From Deltaproteobacteria bacterium (GTDB lineage: Bacteria > Desulfobacterota > Desulfobacteria > Desulfobacterales > UBA2156): a stretch of DNA of 64,000 nt. The DNA is taken from the NCBI GenBank assembly GCA_019309485.1, contig JAFDGC010000001.1, positions 81,772 to 145,771 on the forward strand. The letters run 5' to 3'. Below are positions 21,184-29,922 of the stretch, piece after piece. Every line of letters starts with the position of its first letter. Position 1 is the first letter of the stretch. The notes beneath the pieces were generated by a model that saw only the letters and a program-made list of their open reading frames with translations, searched no databases and was not told where the DNA came from. The position numbers and the translations under genes are program-made.

Positions 21184-21459
21184 ATGAAAAAAATCGAGAT
21201 TCGACGGAATCCGGATGAAAAAACCCTCGAATCGACCGGTGTATTTCAATGGCCCGTATGGACCAAGGAGGTCTCCGAATTCCCTTGGACCTACGACGCC
21301 GCCGAAACCTGCTATTTTATCGAAGGAGAGGTTACCGTCACCCCTGAAGACGGGGAGCCCGTTTCAGTGGGAAAAGGAGACCTGGTTACCTTTCCCCAAG
21401 GGATGTCGTGCACCTGGAAGATCCACAAAAACGTCAAAAAACGTTACCGGTTTGAATGA
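21184..21459 (+). CDS. cupin domain protein (DUF861/Cupin_3)
   Basis: WPVWTKEVSEFPWTY..ETCY..EGEVTV..GDLVTFP.G..CTW. Confidence 0.9.
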   Translation: MKKIEIRRNPDEKTLESTGVFQWPVWTKEVSEFPWTYDAAETCYFIEGEVTVTPEDGEPVSVGKGDLVTFPQGMSCTWKIHKNVKKRYRFE

Positions 21460-21469
21460 GGCTCCCCCT

Positions 21470-21925
21470 ATGCGACGAAAAGAAAGAGAAATCACGGATC
21501 CACAAGAGATGGAAACGATCATCCGCAAGGCCCGCGTCTGCCGCATCGCCATGGTGGACGGCGACCGGCCGTACATGGTTCCCATGTGCTTCGGGTACGA
21601 ACCCGGTGCAATCTACCTGCATTCGGCTGATGCGGGGCACAAGATCGATGTTCTTAAAACAAATCCCAGGGTCTGCGCGGCGTTCGAGGGGGAGCACCTC
21701 CTCATTGAAGGAAAAACCGCGTGCGGTTTCGGGATGCACTATGAAAGCGTGCTGGCCTTCGGACGGGTCCGATTCATCGAGGATCCGGCTTTGAAACGCA
21801 AAGCGCTGGACGTTCTCATGGACCATTACGCCCGAGGATCCTTTGACTATCCGGAGGACGCCCTTGATAAAACGCGCCTTCTCCGGGTGGACATCGAACA
21901 CATGACCGGAAAGCGATCCGGATGA
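21470..21925 (+). CDS. pyridoxamine 5'-phosphate oxidase-like (NimA-like) flavin-binding protein
   Basis: MRRKEREI, PYMVP..FGY, HSA..G.K, NPRVC, YESV..FG and C-terminal TGK. Confidence 0.9.
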   Translation: MRRKEREITDPQEMETIIRKARVCRIAMVDGDRPYMVPMCFGYEPGAIYLHSADAGHKIDVLKTNPRVCAAFEGEHLLIEGKTACGFGMHYESVLAFGRVRFIEDPALKRKALDVLMDHYARGSFDYPEDALDKTRLLRVDIEHMTGKRSG

Positions 21926-21953
21926 GATCCTTTTCATCCCCCGCTTTTCTTCG

Positions 21954-22634
21954 ATGGATGCATTTGGGGTGAAAATGGCCGGCGCCGCGCAACAAAATCG
22001 GGCATGGAAGGGACTCGGAGCAACGGCAAAGCGGCTGTTCATGGGCGCCCGTTCCAGCCACGATTGGGAACACACCCAGCGGGTCTGCCGGCTGTGCCGG
22101 CGCATGGGCCCCGCAGAAGGCGCCGACATGGACGTCCTGCTGGCGGCGGGTTATTTGCACGACATCGGCCGCTGTTTTGAAGACGCCGCCAACGGCGATG
22201 TTTGTCACGCGGAAAAAGGGGCCCAAATGGCCGGAGAAATCATCGCCCCCCACGGTTTTTCCAAGGACCAGAAAGAAAACATTCTCCACTGCATCCGCGC
22301 ACACCGGTTCCGGGGGAAGGCGGCGCCGAAAACCATTGAAGCCAAGGTCCTTTTCGATGCGGATAAACTGGACGCCATCGGGGCCGTGGGCATCGCCCGG
22401 GCATATCTTTTCGCCGGAGAGATCGGGGCGCGGCTGCACAATCCCTTTGTGAAAATCGAAGCCATGCCGCCTTACTCCGTCAACGATACGGGGTTCCGGG
22501 AATACAAGGTAAAACTGATAAAGATTCGGGATCGGATGCATACCGACACCGGCCGTCGGCTGGCGGAAGACCGACACCGATTCATGGAAGGCTTTTTTCA
22601 ACGGTTTTTAGAAGAACATGCAGGAAAGAGGTGA
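21954..22634 (+). CDS. HD-domain phosphohydrolase
   Basis: SHDWEHT, LHDIG, CHA, HRFR and DADKLDAIGAVGIAR. Confidence 0.92.
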   Translation: MDAFGVKMAGAAQQNRAWKGLGATAKRLFMGARSSHDWEHTQRVCRLCRRMGPAEGADMDVLLAAGYLHDIGRCFEDAANGDVCHAEKGAQMAGEIIAPHGFSKDQKENILHCIRAHRFRGKAAPKTIEAKVLFDADKLDAIGAVGIARAYLFAGEIGARLHNPFVKIEAMPPYSVNDTGFREYKVKLIKIRDRMHTDTGRRLAEDRHRFMEGFFQRFLEEHAGKR

Positions 22635-22638
22635 ACAA

Positions 22639-23322
22639 ATGAGTATCAACGTGGTGGACAAAATCGACGACCGGGTTCCGGTGAACCATGTGCTCATCAG
22701 CGTTTCGGACAAATCGGAACTGGACCTTTTCGTGACGCGCCTGATCGACCTTTGTCCCAAAGTCAGAATCTTTTCAACGGGCGGCACCTACGGCCGGATC
22801 AAAGAGATCCTCGGACACAAAGCGGATACGGTCCTCCAGCAGGTTTCCGACTATACCGGACAGCCCGAAACCCAGGGAGGACTTGTCAAGACGCTGGATT
22901 TCAAGATCTACCTGGGGCTTTTGACGGAAACGTATAATGAATTCCACCAAAAAGACCTAAAACGCACGTCGAGTGTCCCCATCGATATGGTGGTCGCCAA
23001 CCTGTATCCTTTTCAGGATACCGTGGCAAAATCCGGGGTAACCATGGAGGCCGCCCGGGGGAACATCGACATCGGGGGGCCGAGCATGATCCGGGCCGCA
23101 GCCAAAAATTTCATCCGGGTCGCCTCCGTGGTGGATCCCGGCGACTATCCGTCCGTTCTGGAGGAACTCGCCGCCCATGGTGGCGCTACCACGTTGCGAC
23201 TTCGTTTCCGCCTGGCCCGGAAAGCCTTTGCTCACACGGCGGCCTATGATCGCGCCATCGCCGAATACCTGGCGGGACGCGGTTTCGACGAAGTTTCGTC
23301 CTGTTACCATATAACCGCATGA
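22639..23322 (+). CDS. stand-alone IMP cyclohydrolase (PurH N-terminal, MGS-like domain)
   Basis: LISVSDK, STGGT, GLVKTL, NLYPF, NIDIGGP, RAAAKN and FAHTAAYD; ends before the AICAR transformylase domain. Confidence 0.9.
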   Translation: MSINVVDKIDDRVPVNHVLISVSDKSELDLFVTRLIDLCPKVRIFSTGGTYGRIKEILGHKADTVLQQVSDYTGQPETQGGLVKTLDFKIYLGLLTETYNEFHQKDLKRTSSVPIDMVVANLYPFQDTVAKSGVTMEAARGNIDIGGPSMIRAAAKNFIRVASVVDPGDYPSVLEELAAHGGATTLRLRFRLARKAFAHTAAYDRAIAEYLAGRGFDEVSSCYHITA

Positions 23323-23337
23323 GACGCGGAGGAACGG

Positions 23338-23481
23338 ATGCCACATGTGATCGTCAAACGCTACCCGGAAAGATTGGAAGCCCGGAAAATCGAGCTCACC
23401 GAGGAGATCGTCAAGGACGTCGTCGCCATCGTCGAGTGCGAAGAAAAATCGGTTTCCGTGGTCTTCTTTGATCATTTGTGA
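23338..23481 (+). pseudogene. truncated 4-oxalocrotonate tautomerase (PptA-like), 47 aa
   Basis: GGAGG RBS, then MPHVIVKRYPERLEARKIELTEEIVKDVVAIVECEEKSVSVVFFDHL*; the N-terminal Pro is present and the C-terminus is lost. Confidence 0.7.
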
Positions 23482-23535
23482 CGCAACACAGATTTTTGAA
23501 TCTTAACGATATCTTTAAACAAAAGGGAGAAAATC

Positions 23536-24048
23536 ATGAAAGTGCTGGTGACGTACTACACGGATTCAGGGAATACGGAAAAGGTGGCCAAGGCCATTTA
23601 CGAGGCTATCGATCAGGCGGAAAAGGAAATCGTTCCTTTGGCGGAAGCGCAAAACAAGGATCTGTCCCGGTACGACCTCATTTTTTATGGATTTCCGGTC
23701 AACGCCAGCAGTGTCCCGGCCAAGGCCCAGTCCTTTTTAAAGGCGTTGCCTCAAGGGGCAAAGCTGGCTCTTTTTTCCACCCACGGGTCCTTCCGCGGCG
23801 GGCCTCTGGCCGTCACCGGCATCTATAATGCCATGTCTCTGGCCAAGCAGGCCATGGCCCTTGGTAGCTTTTGCTGCCAGGGGAAAGTCAAGGAGAGCAT
23901 CCTGGAAGCTCTGGAAAAAAAGCCCGAACACAAGCCATGGGTGGAAGAGGCCCGAAGCGCGGTCGACCATCCGGATGTCCACGACCTGGAAGAAGCCAGG
24001 GACTTTACGAGAAAGATGCTCACAAAAGCCGGATCTTACCTAAGTTGA
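23536..24048 (+). CDS. flavodoxin family protein
   Basis: YYTDSGNTEKVA FMN loop, YDLIFYGFPV, LFSTHG and HPD..DL..A..F. Confidence 0.92.
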   Translation: MKVLVTYYTDSGNTEKVAKAIYEAIDQAEKEIVPLAEAQNKDLSRYDLIFYGFPVNASSVPAKAQSFLKALPQGAKLALFSTHGSFRGGPLAVTGIYNAMSLAKQAMALGSFCCQGKVKESILEALEKKPEHKPWVEEARSAVDHPDVHDLEEARDFTRKMLTKAGSYLS

Positions 24049-24246
24049 GCGATTTTCGAGGTTGCCGCAGCTACAAGGAAAATGTCGTTGCGCTATAGTG
24101 CACCATGCGCAACGGCATTTGACGCCGTAGATGCAGTAAAATCGGAAATTACGAAGGGTTTCAAATTTTTGAAGCTAAAATTGGCAGAATTCCTTAAAAG
24201 TATTACCAATTGAACGGTTTCAAAAATTTGAAACGCTCAGCTTAGG
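24039..24246. mobile_element. 208-bp MITE with 13-bp TIRs and 5-bp target duplication
   Basis: Ends CCTAAGTTGAGCG and CGCTCAGCTTAGG (1 mismatch) are flanked by TCTTA at 24034-24038 and 24247-24251. Internal inverted repeats at 24080-24120 and 24158-24234. Confidence 0.85.
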
Positions 24247-24256
24247 TCTTACTAGG

Positions 24257-24420
24257 CCGCATACCCAAGCCGAACCCGTCGTTCATTCTCGAACAGGATC
24301 TTGGTCTTGGTGAGCACCCCGCCGAACTTGGCGAATTCGTTTTTCACTCCCCCGAGGACGCGCCACACTTCACTGGATCGCCTCTCGATGGCCAGGGTCT
24401 TGAAGCCCATCTGCAGGCTG
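24257..24420 (-). repeat. diverged duplicate of the rmuC 3' region and its downstream flank
   Basis: 24257-24298 matches 26909-26950 and 24299-24420 matches 27079-27200 with few substitutions. The intervening ~128 bp is missing from this copy. Confidence 0.92.
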
Positions 24421-24421
24421 A

Positions 24422-24960
24422 ATTTTGGAATGCCCCCGTCATTCGGGGATTTTTTAGGATTCAACCCCCATCTCCATGTGCTGATTTCAGACGGCTGTTT
24501 CCACGAAAGCGGGATGCTCACCGTGGCACCCGGCATCGATCGTAAAATCCTAAAACGCCTGTTCAGACACCGGATGCTCCGGATGCTTCTGAAAAACGGC
24601 AAAATCACCCGGGACATGATCGCCCTCTTGGATAAATGGCGCCATACCGGGTTCAACGTATACTGCGGCCCAAGGATCCTTCCCCGGAAAAAAACATCCA
24701 TGGAAAACCTGGCCCGGTACATCATCCGGGCGTCGTTTTCCCGGGAGCGGATGACCTGTGTTCCGGAAGCCGGATCGGTGATCTATCACTCCAAAAACGG
24801 ACAAACCACCCGTGTGTTCCACGCCTTGGAATTGCTGGCCGCCATGACCGTCATATCCCGAACAAAGGAGAGCAGATGGTCAGCTACTATGGATACTACA
24901 GCAACGCCTCCCGGGGCCAACGGAAAAAAGCCGGAATCGATGCGATCCTCTTTTGCCTTT
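24422..24960 (+). pseudogene. IS91/ISCR-family (Y2 HUH) transposase remnant
   Basis: FGDFLGFNPHLHVLISDG (HUH), WRHTGFNV and LARYIIR, then a frameshift near 24850 into HIPNKGEQMVSYYGYYSN. The 5' part is missing. Confidence 0.88.
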
Positions 24961-25280
24961 TTGAACCGGAAAGAACGGATTTTCAATCAAGGATTACATC
25001 GCCGATCCGGTTTATCCCCTGGATGCCTATTTCTGAAAAACCCACCGGCGCTGACCCGACAAACCATGCCCGAATCGGCCGGCACCGGGGCCTTTTTCCG
25101 ATTATTTTTGTATTGACAGCCGATCTTCCCCTGGGTATCGAACCAACGTACGCCACGATAACTGAACGCTTCCATACCTTGGGGTAAAGATCATGTCGGA
25201 ACACAATGCGCTCTCGCCCTCGACCCGTACCTGAAAGAGCAAGTTCTGGTACTCTTATCATTCATTCGGGGTCGCTTTCG

Positions 25281-25393
25281 GCACCATCGACACCGCCTCC
25301 TGGTAGCATACCAAACAGAGCATGCTGGCGCAAAAACTGATCCCGGCGCCGGTGGGGTTGGAGAAACTGCTGATGGAACTGCGGATAAAATAA
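25281..25393 (+). pseudogene. possible C-terminal remnant of an ABC substrate-binding protein
   Basis: Frame reads GVAFGTIDTASW*HTKQSMLAQKLIPAPVGLEKLL with an internal stop; the resemblance is from memory only. Confidence 0.25.
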
Positions 25394-25521
25394 CAGTGAA
25401 AAGTGACAATTCAGAAGGCCAGGAGGATGGAAGGCTGGCCTTGAATATTTTGTTGTAGCCTTCTATCCTTTAGTCTTTCCAGCTTTCCGGCCTTTAGCCC
25501 ATAACTTTTAGGAGGAATGTC

Positions 25522-26040
25522 ATGGACGGAATCGATCTGGTTGCTCAGCTGATGGCCATATCGGCCACCACAGCCCCCAAGAGCAAGGGGGAAAACTTCG
25601 TGAAAACCCGGGTGCTCGCCGGCCCGGTCCTAAAGGAGCTGGCCGATGAAATGGTGGCCTTCGGCCAGCGCACCGGCAAAAAGGATTTCGACCGCGACGC
25701 CAAGAACGTGGCCGACTCCGAGGCCGTGGTGCTGGTGGGCATTGACCGCGCCAAGGTGCTGGGGTTAAACTGCGGGGCCTGCGGGTTTGCCGACTGCAAA
25801 AGCCTCCAGGAGCACGGGCGGAACGAGGGTGAATTTATCGGCCCAGCCTGTGCCTTTCGCCTGCTGGACATGGGCATCGCCCTGGGCTCTGCCGTGAAAA
25901 CCGCCAGCATGCTCAACGTGGACAACCGCATCATGTACCGCGTGGGCGTGGCGGCCCGGCAGATGAAGCTGGTGGACTGGGATTTTGTTATGGGTATTCC
26001 GCTTTCGGTGAGCGGAAAAAGCATTTATTTCGATCGTTGA
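25522..26040 (+). CDS. DUF2148 ferredoxin-like domain protein
   Basis: TAPKSKG, RDA.N, NCGACGF..C, GPAC, DMGIALGSAVK, DNRIMY and PLSVSGKSIYFDR; AGGAGG RBS. Confidence 0.9.
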   Translation: MDGIDLVAQLMAISATTAPKSKGENFVKTRVLAGPVLKELADEMVAFGQRTGKKDFDRDAKNVADSEAVVLVGIDRAKVLGLNCGACGFADCKSLQEHGRNEGEFIGPACAFRLLDMGIALGSAVKTASMLNVDNRIMYRVGVAARQMKLVDWDFVMGIPLSVSGKSIYFDR

Positions 26041-26060
26041 AAGAAAAATGATACCATACA

Positions 26061-26270
26061 ATGCCCCGCTGCAGCCAAACCATATCACCGGGCGAAGAAC
26101 ACCATCACCTCGGCCAGGTGCTGTGCGAGGACTGTTACATGGACGCGCTGTCACCGGCAAAAACCTGTGATACCTGGGCGGTGCACAACGCCAAAACCAT
26201 GGTGGAAGAGCAGGGCGGCCGGGTGCAGTTCAACGAAACTCAGCAGCGTATCCTGGATGTGCTCAAGGGT
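26061..26270 (+). pseudogene. truncated Cys-rich hypothetical protein
   Basis: LCEDCYMDALSP..CD.WAVH..Q..ILD.LK, which runs directly into an antisense remnant of another gene. Confidence 0.55.
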
Positions 26271-26850
26271 CATGCGGCCGGTGTCCAAGATCAGGGCGCC
26301 GGCCACCTCCTCGACCACATCCTCGGGTGCGGCGGGCTCCGGCGGCGCCTCGGCGATGATCTTCTCGGGCCAGCCTTCATCCGGCACCACCCAGGAAAAA
26401 ACGATGTCGGCCTTGCCCCGCTTGACTTTGACCCATTCCTCATCGGAGAGCATGTCCAGGCTGGCGGTAAACAGGATGTGTTCTTCCTTGTAAATCATGT
26501 CGCGAATTGTCTGGATAGCTTCCTGGCAGGCCGGCCACCGTTTTTTCGGGGTCACCGGCGGCAAAGGCTTCCCGGGCCTGCTTGAGGCTGGCGCGGATAT
26601 CATCGTGAATGGACCACATCACCTGGGAGGGGCCGGTGAAGTGGTGGGCTTTCAGCATAGGAAACAGCTGTTTTCCCTGCTGATGTAATGCGGGTCGATC
26701 TCCGGCAGGCGCTGGATCAGGTTGCCCGGGGCCTCGCGGTGGGCTTCGAAAGCTTCCTTTGCCGGGGGGTGACCCAGTCGCCCGATGAGCATGCTGATCT
26801 CCCTCATGATTTTTTCCGAAGCCCGGTTTTCCTTCATGAATGTGAAACCC
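26262..26850 (-). pseudogene. frameshifted hemerythrin/PAS (DUF438-type) protein remnant
   Basis: Three frames give TFMKENRA..EIDxHY, QLFPML..H.FTGPSQVMWSIHDDIR and DMIYKEEHILF..LDTG.MT. Confidence 0.8.
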
Positions 26851-26971
26851 TTCGGGATATTCGAGTTTCGGATCTTTCGATCGCCCCGAAAACGATGCTC
26901 TTGCTGGACCGCACACCCAAGTCGAACCCGTCGTTCATTCTCGAACAGGAAAAACAGGGCCGGCAAATCCA

Positions 26972-28270
26972 TCAGGCCTCCGGAGGCGGGAGTTCCTGGA
27001 CGTCCTTGAGCTGCCGTTCGATGGCCCGGGTCCGCACTTCGGCCTGATCGATGGTGTTGGCCGCCTCCTGAAGTTTTTTCTTGGTCTTGGTGAGCACTTC
27101 GCCGAATTTTGCGAATTCGTTTTTCACTCCCCCGAGGATGCGCCACACTTCACTGGAGCGCCTCTCGATGGCCAGGGTCTTGAAGCCCATCTGCAGGCTG
27201 TTCAAGAGGGCGGAAAGGGTGGTGGGGCCACAGACCACGATCCGATATTCCCGCTGGAGGGTATCGCAGAGTCCCGGCAGACGCAAAACTTCGGCGTATA
27301 ATCCTTCCACGGGTAAAAACAGGATCCCGAAATCGGTGGTGTTGGGCGGATCGATGTATTTTTCCCGGATCCAGCGGGCTTCCTGCTTGATCCGGGATTC
27401 CAGCCGTTTCAGGTGGGTATCCATCGCCGCTTTGTCGGCCTGTTCCTGGGCTTCCACGAGCCGCTGGTAATCCTCCTGGGGAAACTTGGAGTCGATGGGG
27501 AGATAAACCACCGATTCCTGATCCGGGTCCCTTCCCGGCAGCTTGATTGCGAACTCCACCCGTTCGTTACTCTCCTTCCGGGTGGCAACATTCACGTCGT
27601 ACTGTTCCGGCGTGAGGATCTGCTCCAGGATATTGGCCAGTCGGATTTCCCCCCACATTCCCCTTGTTTTCACGTTGGTGAGGACTTTTTTAAGATCCCC
27701 CACGCCGGCGGCCAGTGTCTGCATCTCCCCCAACCCGCGGTAGACCTGTTCCAGCCGTTCGCTGACCTGCTTGAAGGATTCGCTCAACCGCTTTTCCAGG
27801 CTGGTTTGAAGCTGTTCATCCACGGTTTGGCGCATCTGTTCGAGCTTTTGCCGGTTGTCTTCCTGGAGCGCCCGGATCCGTTCCTCCACCGTTTTTCGCA
27901 TGGACTCGAGTTTTTCTTCAGAATGCCGCGTCATCTCGTAGATGAGCCGGCCTAAAGAATCGAGCTGATCCTTTTGCATGCCGGCATTTTCGGTCGTCCG
28001 TTGGAGCAGGGAATCGGTGGCTTCTTTGAGGGAGGCCCGCAATTCATAACGGGTTTCCCGGGATCCCGCAGCGATTTCCTCGCGGTTTTTGGAAATATCC
28101 TCCCGGACCCAGCGGCGGGTTTCCTCCTGCGCCTCCGCCAGTTCCTGAAACGCATCATGCAACCGGCTGAAATGCCTTTTCAAGCTGCCCAGTAAAAAAG
28201 AAAGCAACACCACAATGCCGAGCAATAAGACAACGGCAGCAAAGACCAAAAGATCGTTTATCGGAATCAC
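26972..28270 (-). CDS. rmuC: DNA recombination protein RmuC
   Basis: N-terminal TM and coiled coil, KTRGxWGE, LPIDSKFP, KYIDPPNTTDF and GPTTLSALLNSL. GTG at 28270 follows AGGAG. Confidence 0.95.
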   Translation of the reverse strand: MIPINDLLVFAAVVLLLGIVVLLSFLLGSLKRHFSRLHDAFQELAEAQEETRRWVREDISKNREEIAAGSRETRYELRASLKEATDSLLQRTTENAGMQKDQLDSLGRLIYEMTRHSEEKLESMRKTVEERIRALQEDNRQKLEQMRQTVDEQLQTSLEKRLSESFKQVSERLEQVYRGLGEMQTLAAGVGDLKKVLTNVKTRGMWGEIRLANILEQILTPEQYDVNVATRKESNERVEFAIKLPGRDPDQESVVYLPIDSKFPQEDYQRLVEAQEQADKAAMDTHLKRLESRIKQEARWIREKYIDPPNTTDFGILFLPVEGLYAEVLRLPGLCDTLQREYRIVVCGPTTLSALLNSLQMGFKTLAIERRSSEVWRILGGVKNEFAKFGEVLTKTKKKLQEAANTIDQAEVRTRAIERQLKDVQELPPPEA

Positions 28271-28307
28271 CCGGCGGCTCCTTTTGGAGGGTTGAAGAAA
28301 GGAGTGG

Positions 28308-28419
28308 CGCCCCACCGCCCTGAAAAGCGGAGCGCCCCGGCAAGGGAAATATCTGTTTCAAGACCGCTTCACCCGATCCCGCCTTGAAAGGCGGGGCTTG
28401 CGGGAAGCATTCCGGTCAA
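28308..28419. mobile_element. non-autonomous twin-hairpin element resembling IS200/IS605 ends
   Basis: Hairpins CCGCCCTGAAAAGCGG and CCCGCCTTGAAAGGCGGG, ending in GTCAA; a partial related copy lies at 56811-56851. Confidence 0.5.
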
Positions 28420-28655
28420 AACAGCTTCAAAACCCCATCTGAGACTTTAAACCCTTTCTTGTAAAATTATGAATACCGGACTTCCACCATTGCTGGATAA
28501 ACGGAAGAAGGTCGGTTTGTCAAGATACGTTCCCGTTCGGACCAATGTTATGGATCGCAATTTCGTGTTGCCTTGCATGAAGGCCTTTGGTAGTTTTTGT
28601 ATTTTTAAGGTGCTTGAAAAACGCATTGCCAAACCGCTGCATAGGGTATCCTGGC

Positions 28656-29792
28656 ATGGAATGGAAGACCGCCAATGCTGACGGGAAAAACCGGGTTATC
28701 GTCACGAAGAAGCTGCCGGGAAGCCGGTGGCTCAAAATCCTGAAAGAAGTCGGCTGCCGCGTGGAGATTTGTCAATCGGACGCCGTGCTGGGTACCGAAA
28801 ACATCCGGACGGCCATTGGGTCCCGGTGCGACGGGGCCATCGGCCAATTGACGGAAGACTGGGGGGAACCCTTGTTCAACGCCTTCAAGGCGGCGGGCGG
28901 CAGAGCCTACAGCAATTACGCCGTGGGCTTCAACAACGTGGACGTGGCCGCGGCCACCCGGAACGGGATCCCCGTTGGAAACACCCCCGGCGTGCTCACG
29001 GAAACCACCGCGGAGATGGCCGTCGCCCTCACCTTCGCCGCCGCCCGGCGCATCGGCGAAGCGGAACGGTTTTTAAGGGCAGGGAAATTCACGGGTTGGC
29101 TTCCCACACTTTTTTTGGGGGAACGTCTCTGGAGAAAGACGGTGGGGGTCATCGGCGCGGGCCGCATCGGCGAGGCGTACGCCCGGATGATGGCTGAAGG
29201 ATTCAAAACCCATATCCTCTATCATGATCTTCACGTCAATCCCGGCCTGGAAGCCTATGTCCGGGACTATTCGACATTTCTCGAATCCCGGGGCGACGCG
29301 CCGTTGACATGCCAAAAGGTAAAACGCCTGGAGGACCTGCTACAGGCGGCAGACTGCGTGAGCATCCATACCGTTTTGGATGCCGCCACCCGTCATCTGA
29401 TCAACGCCGACCGCCTGGCCCTCATGAAAGAAAACGCGCTGCTCATCAATACCAGCCGGGGTCCGGTCATTGACGAGGCCGCGCTGGTGGCCCACTGCCG
29501 AAAACACCCGGATTTTCGCGCCGCACTGGACGTCTTCGAAAACGAGCCGGCCCTGGAACCCGGGCTGGCCGAACTGGATAACGTGGTGATCGTCCCCCAC
29601 ATCGCCTCGGCCACCGGTTGGACCCGGGAGGCAATGGCCGTCCTGGCCGCCGCCAACGTGGCGGCGCTTCTCCGGGGGGATCCCGTGTGGCCCGAAAGCG
29701 ACGTGACGCCCTTTCTCGGGGACTCGCCTCCCCGGGCCGCACCCTCCATCGTCAACGCCAGGGAACTTGGCCTTCCTTTCCTGACGCGTTAA
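28656..29792 (+). CDS. hydroxypyruvate reductase / D-glycerate dehydrogenase (plant HPR1-like)
   Basis: GQLTEDWG, AVGFNNVD, NTPGVLTETTAE, GAGRIG, SRGPVIDE, DVFENEP and PHIAS. Confidence 0.93.
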   Translation: MEWKTANADGKNRVIVTKKLPGSRWLKILKEVGCRVEICQSDAVLGTENIRTAIGSRCDGAIGQLTEDWGEPLFNAFKAAGGRAYSNYAVGFNNVDVAAATRNGIPVGNTPGVLTETTAEMAVALTFAAARRIGEAERFLRAGKFTGWLPTLFLGERLWRKTVGVIGAGRIGEAYARMMAEGFKTHILYHDLHVNPGLEAYVRDYSTFLESRGDAPLTCQKVKRLEDLLQAADCVSIHTVLDAATRHLINADRLALMKENALLINTSRGPVIDEAALVAHCRKHPDFRAALDVFENEPALEPGLAELDNVVIVPHIASATGWTREAMAVLAAANVAALLRGDPVWPESDVTPFLGDSPPRAAPSIVNARELGLPFLTR

Positions 29793-29817
29793 GGGCTTGG
29801 AATCCGTCTTTTCCCGG

Positions 29818-29922
29818 TTACCCTCCAGATTCCGGCAACCGCACGATCAATACCGGTTTTTTTGAGCGTCGCAATACGCGTCGGGACGTACTTCCCATGG
29901 TCACGTCCGCTAAAACCCCATG
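29818..29922 (-). pseudogene. universal stress protein C-terminal remnant
   Basis: [34 protein letters not shown] with no start of its own. Confidence 0.7.

Noticed and set aside
24301-25116. 271-aa ORF as an intact gene
   Set aside because: It is a chimera of antisense rmuC sequence, an IS91 fragment and out-of-frame sequence.
26061-26585. 174-aa ORF as an intact gene
   Set aside because: Only the first ~70 aa look genuine; the rest is the antisense of the hemerythrin remnant.
24299-27200. DGR template/variable repeat pair: 5 of 6 mismatches in the ~122-bp repeat fall on rmuC coding-strand adenines
   Set aside because: There is no reverse transcriptase or avd gene in the window, the template would be the rmuC CDS itself, the adjoining repeat segment has mixed mismatches, and the count is too small to be meaningful.
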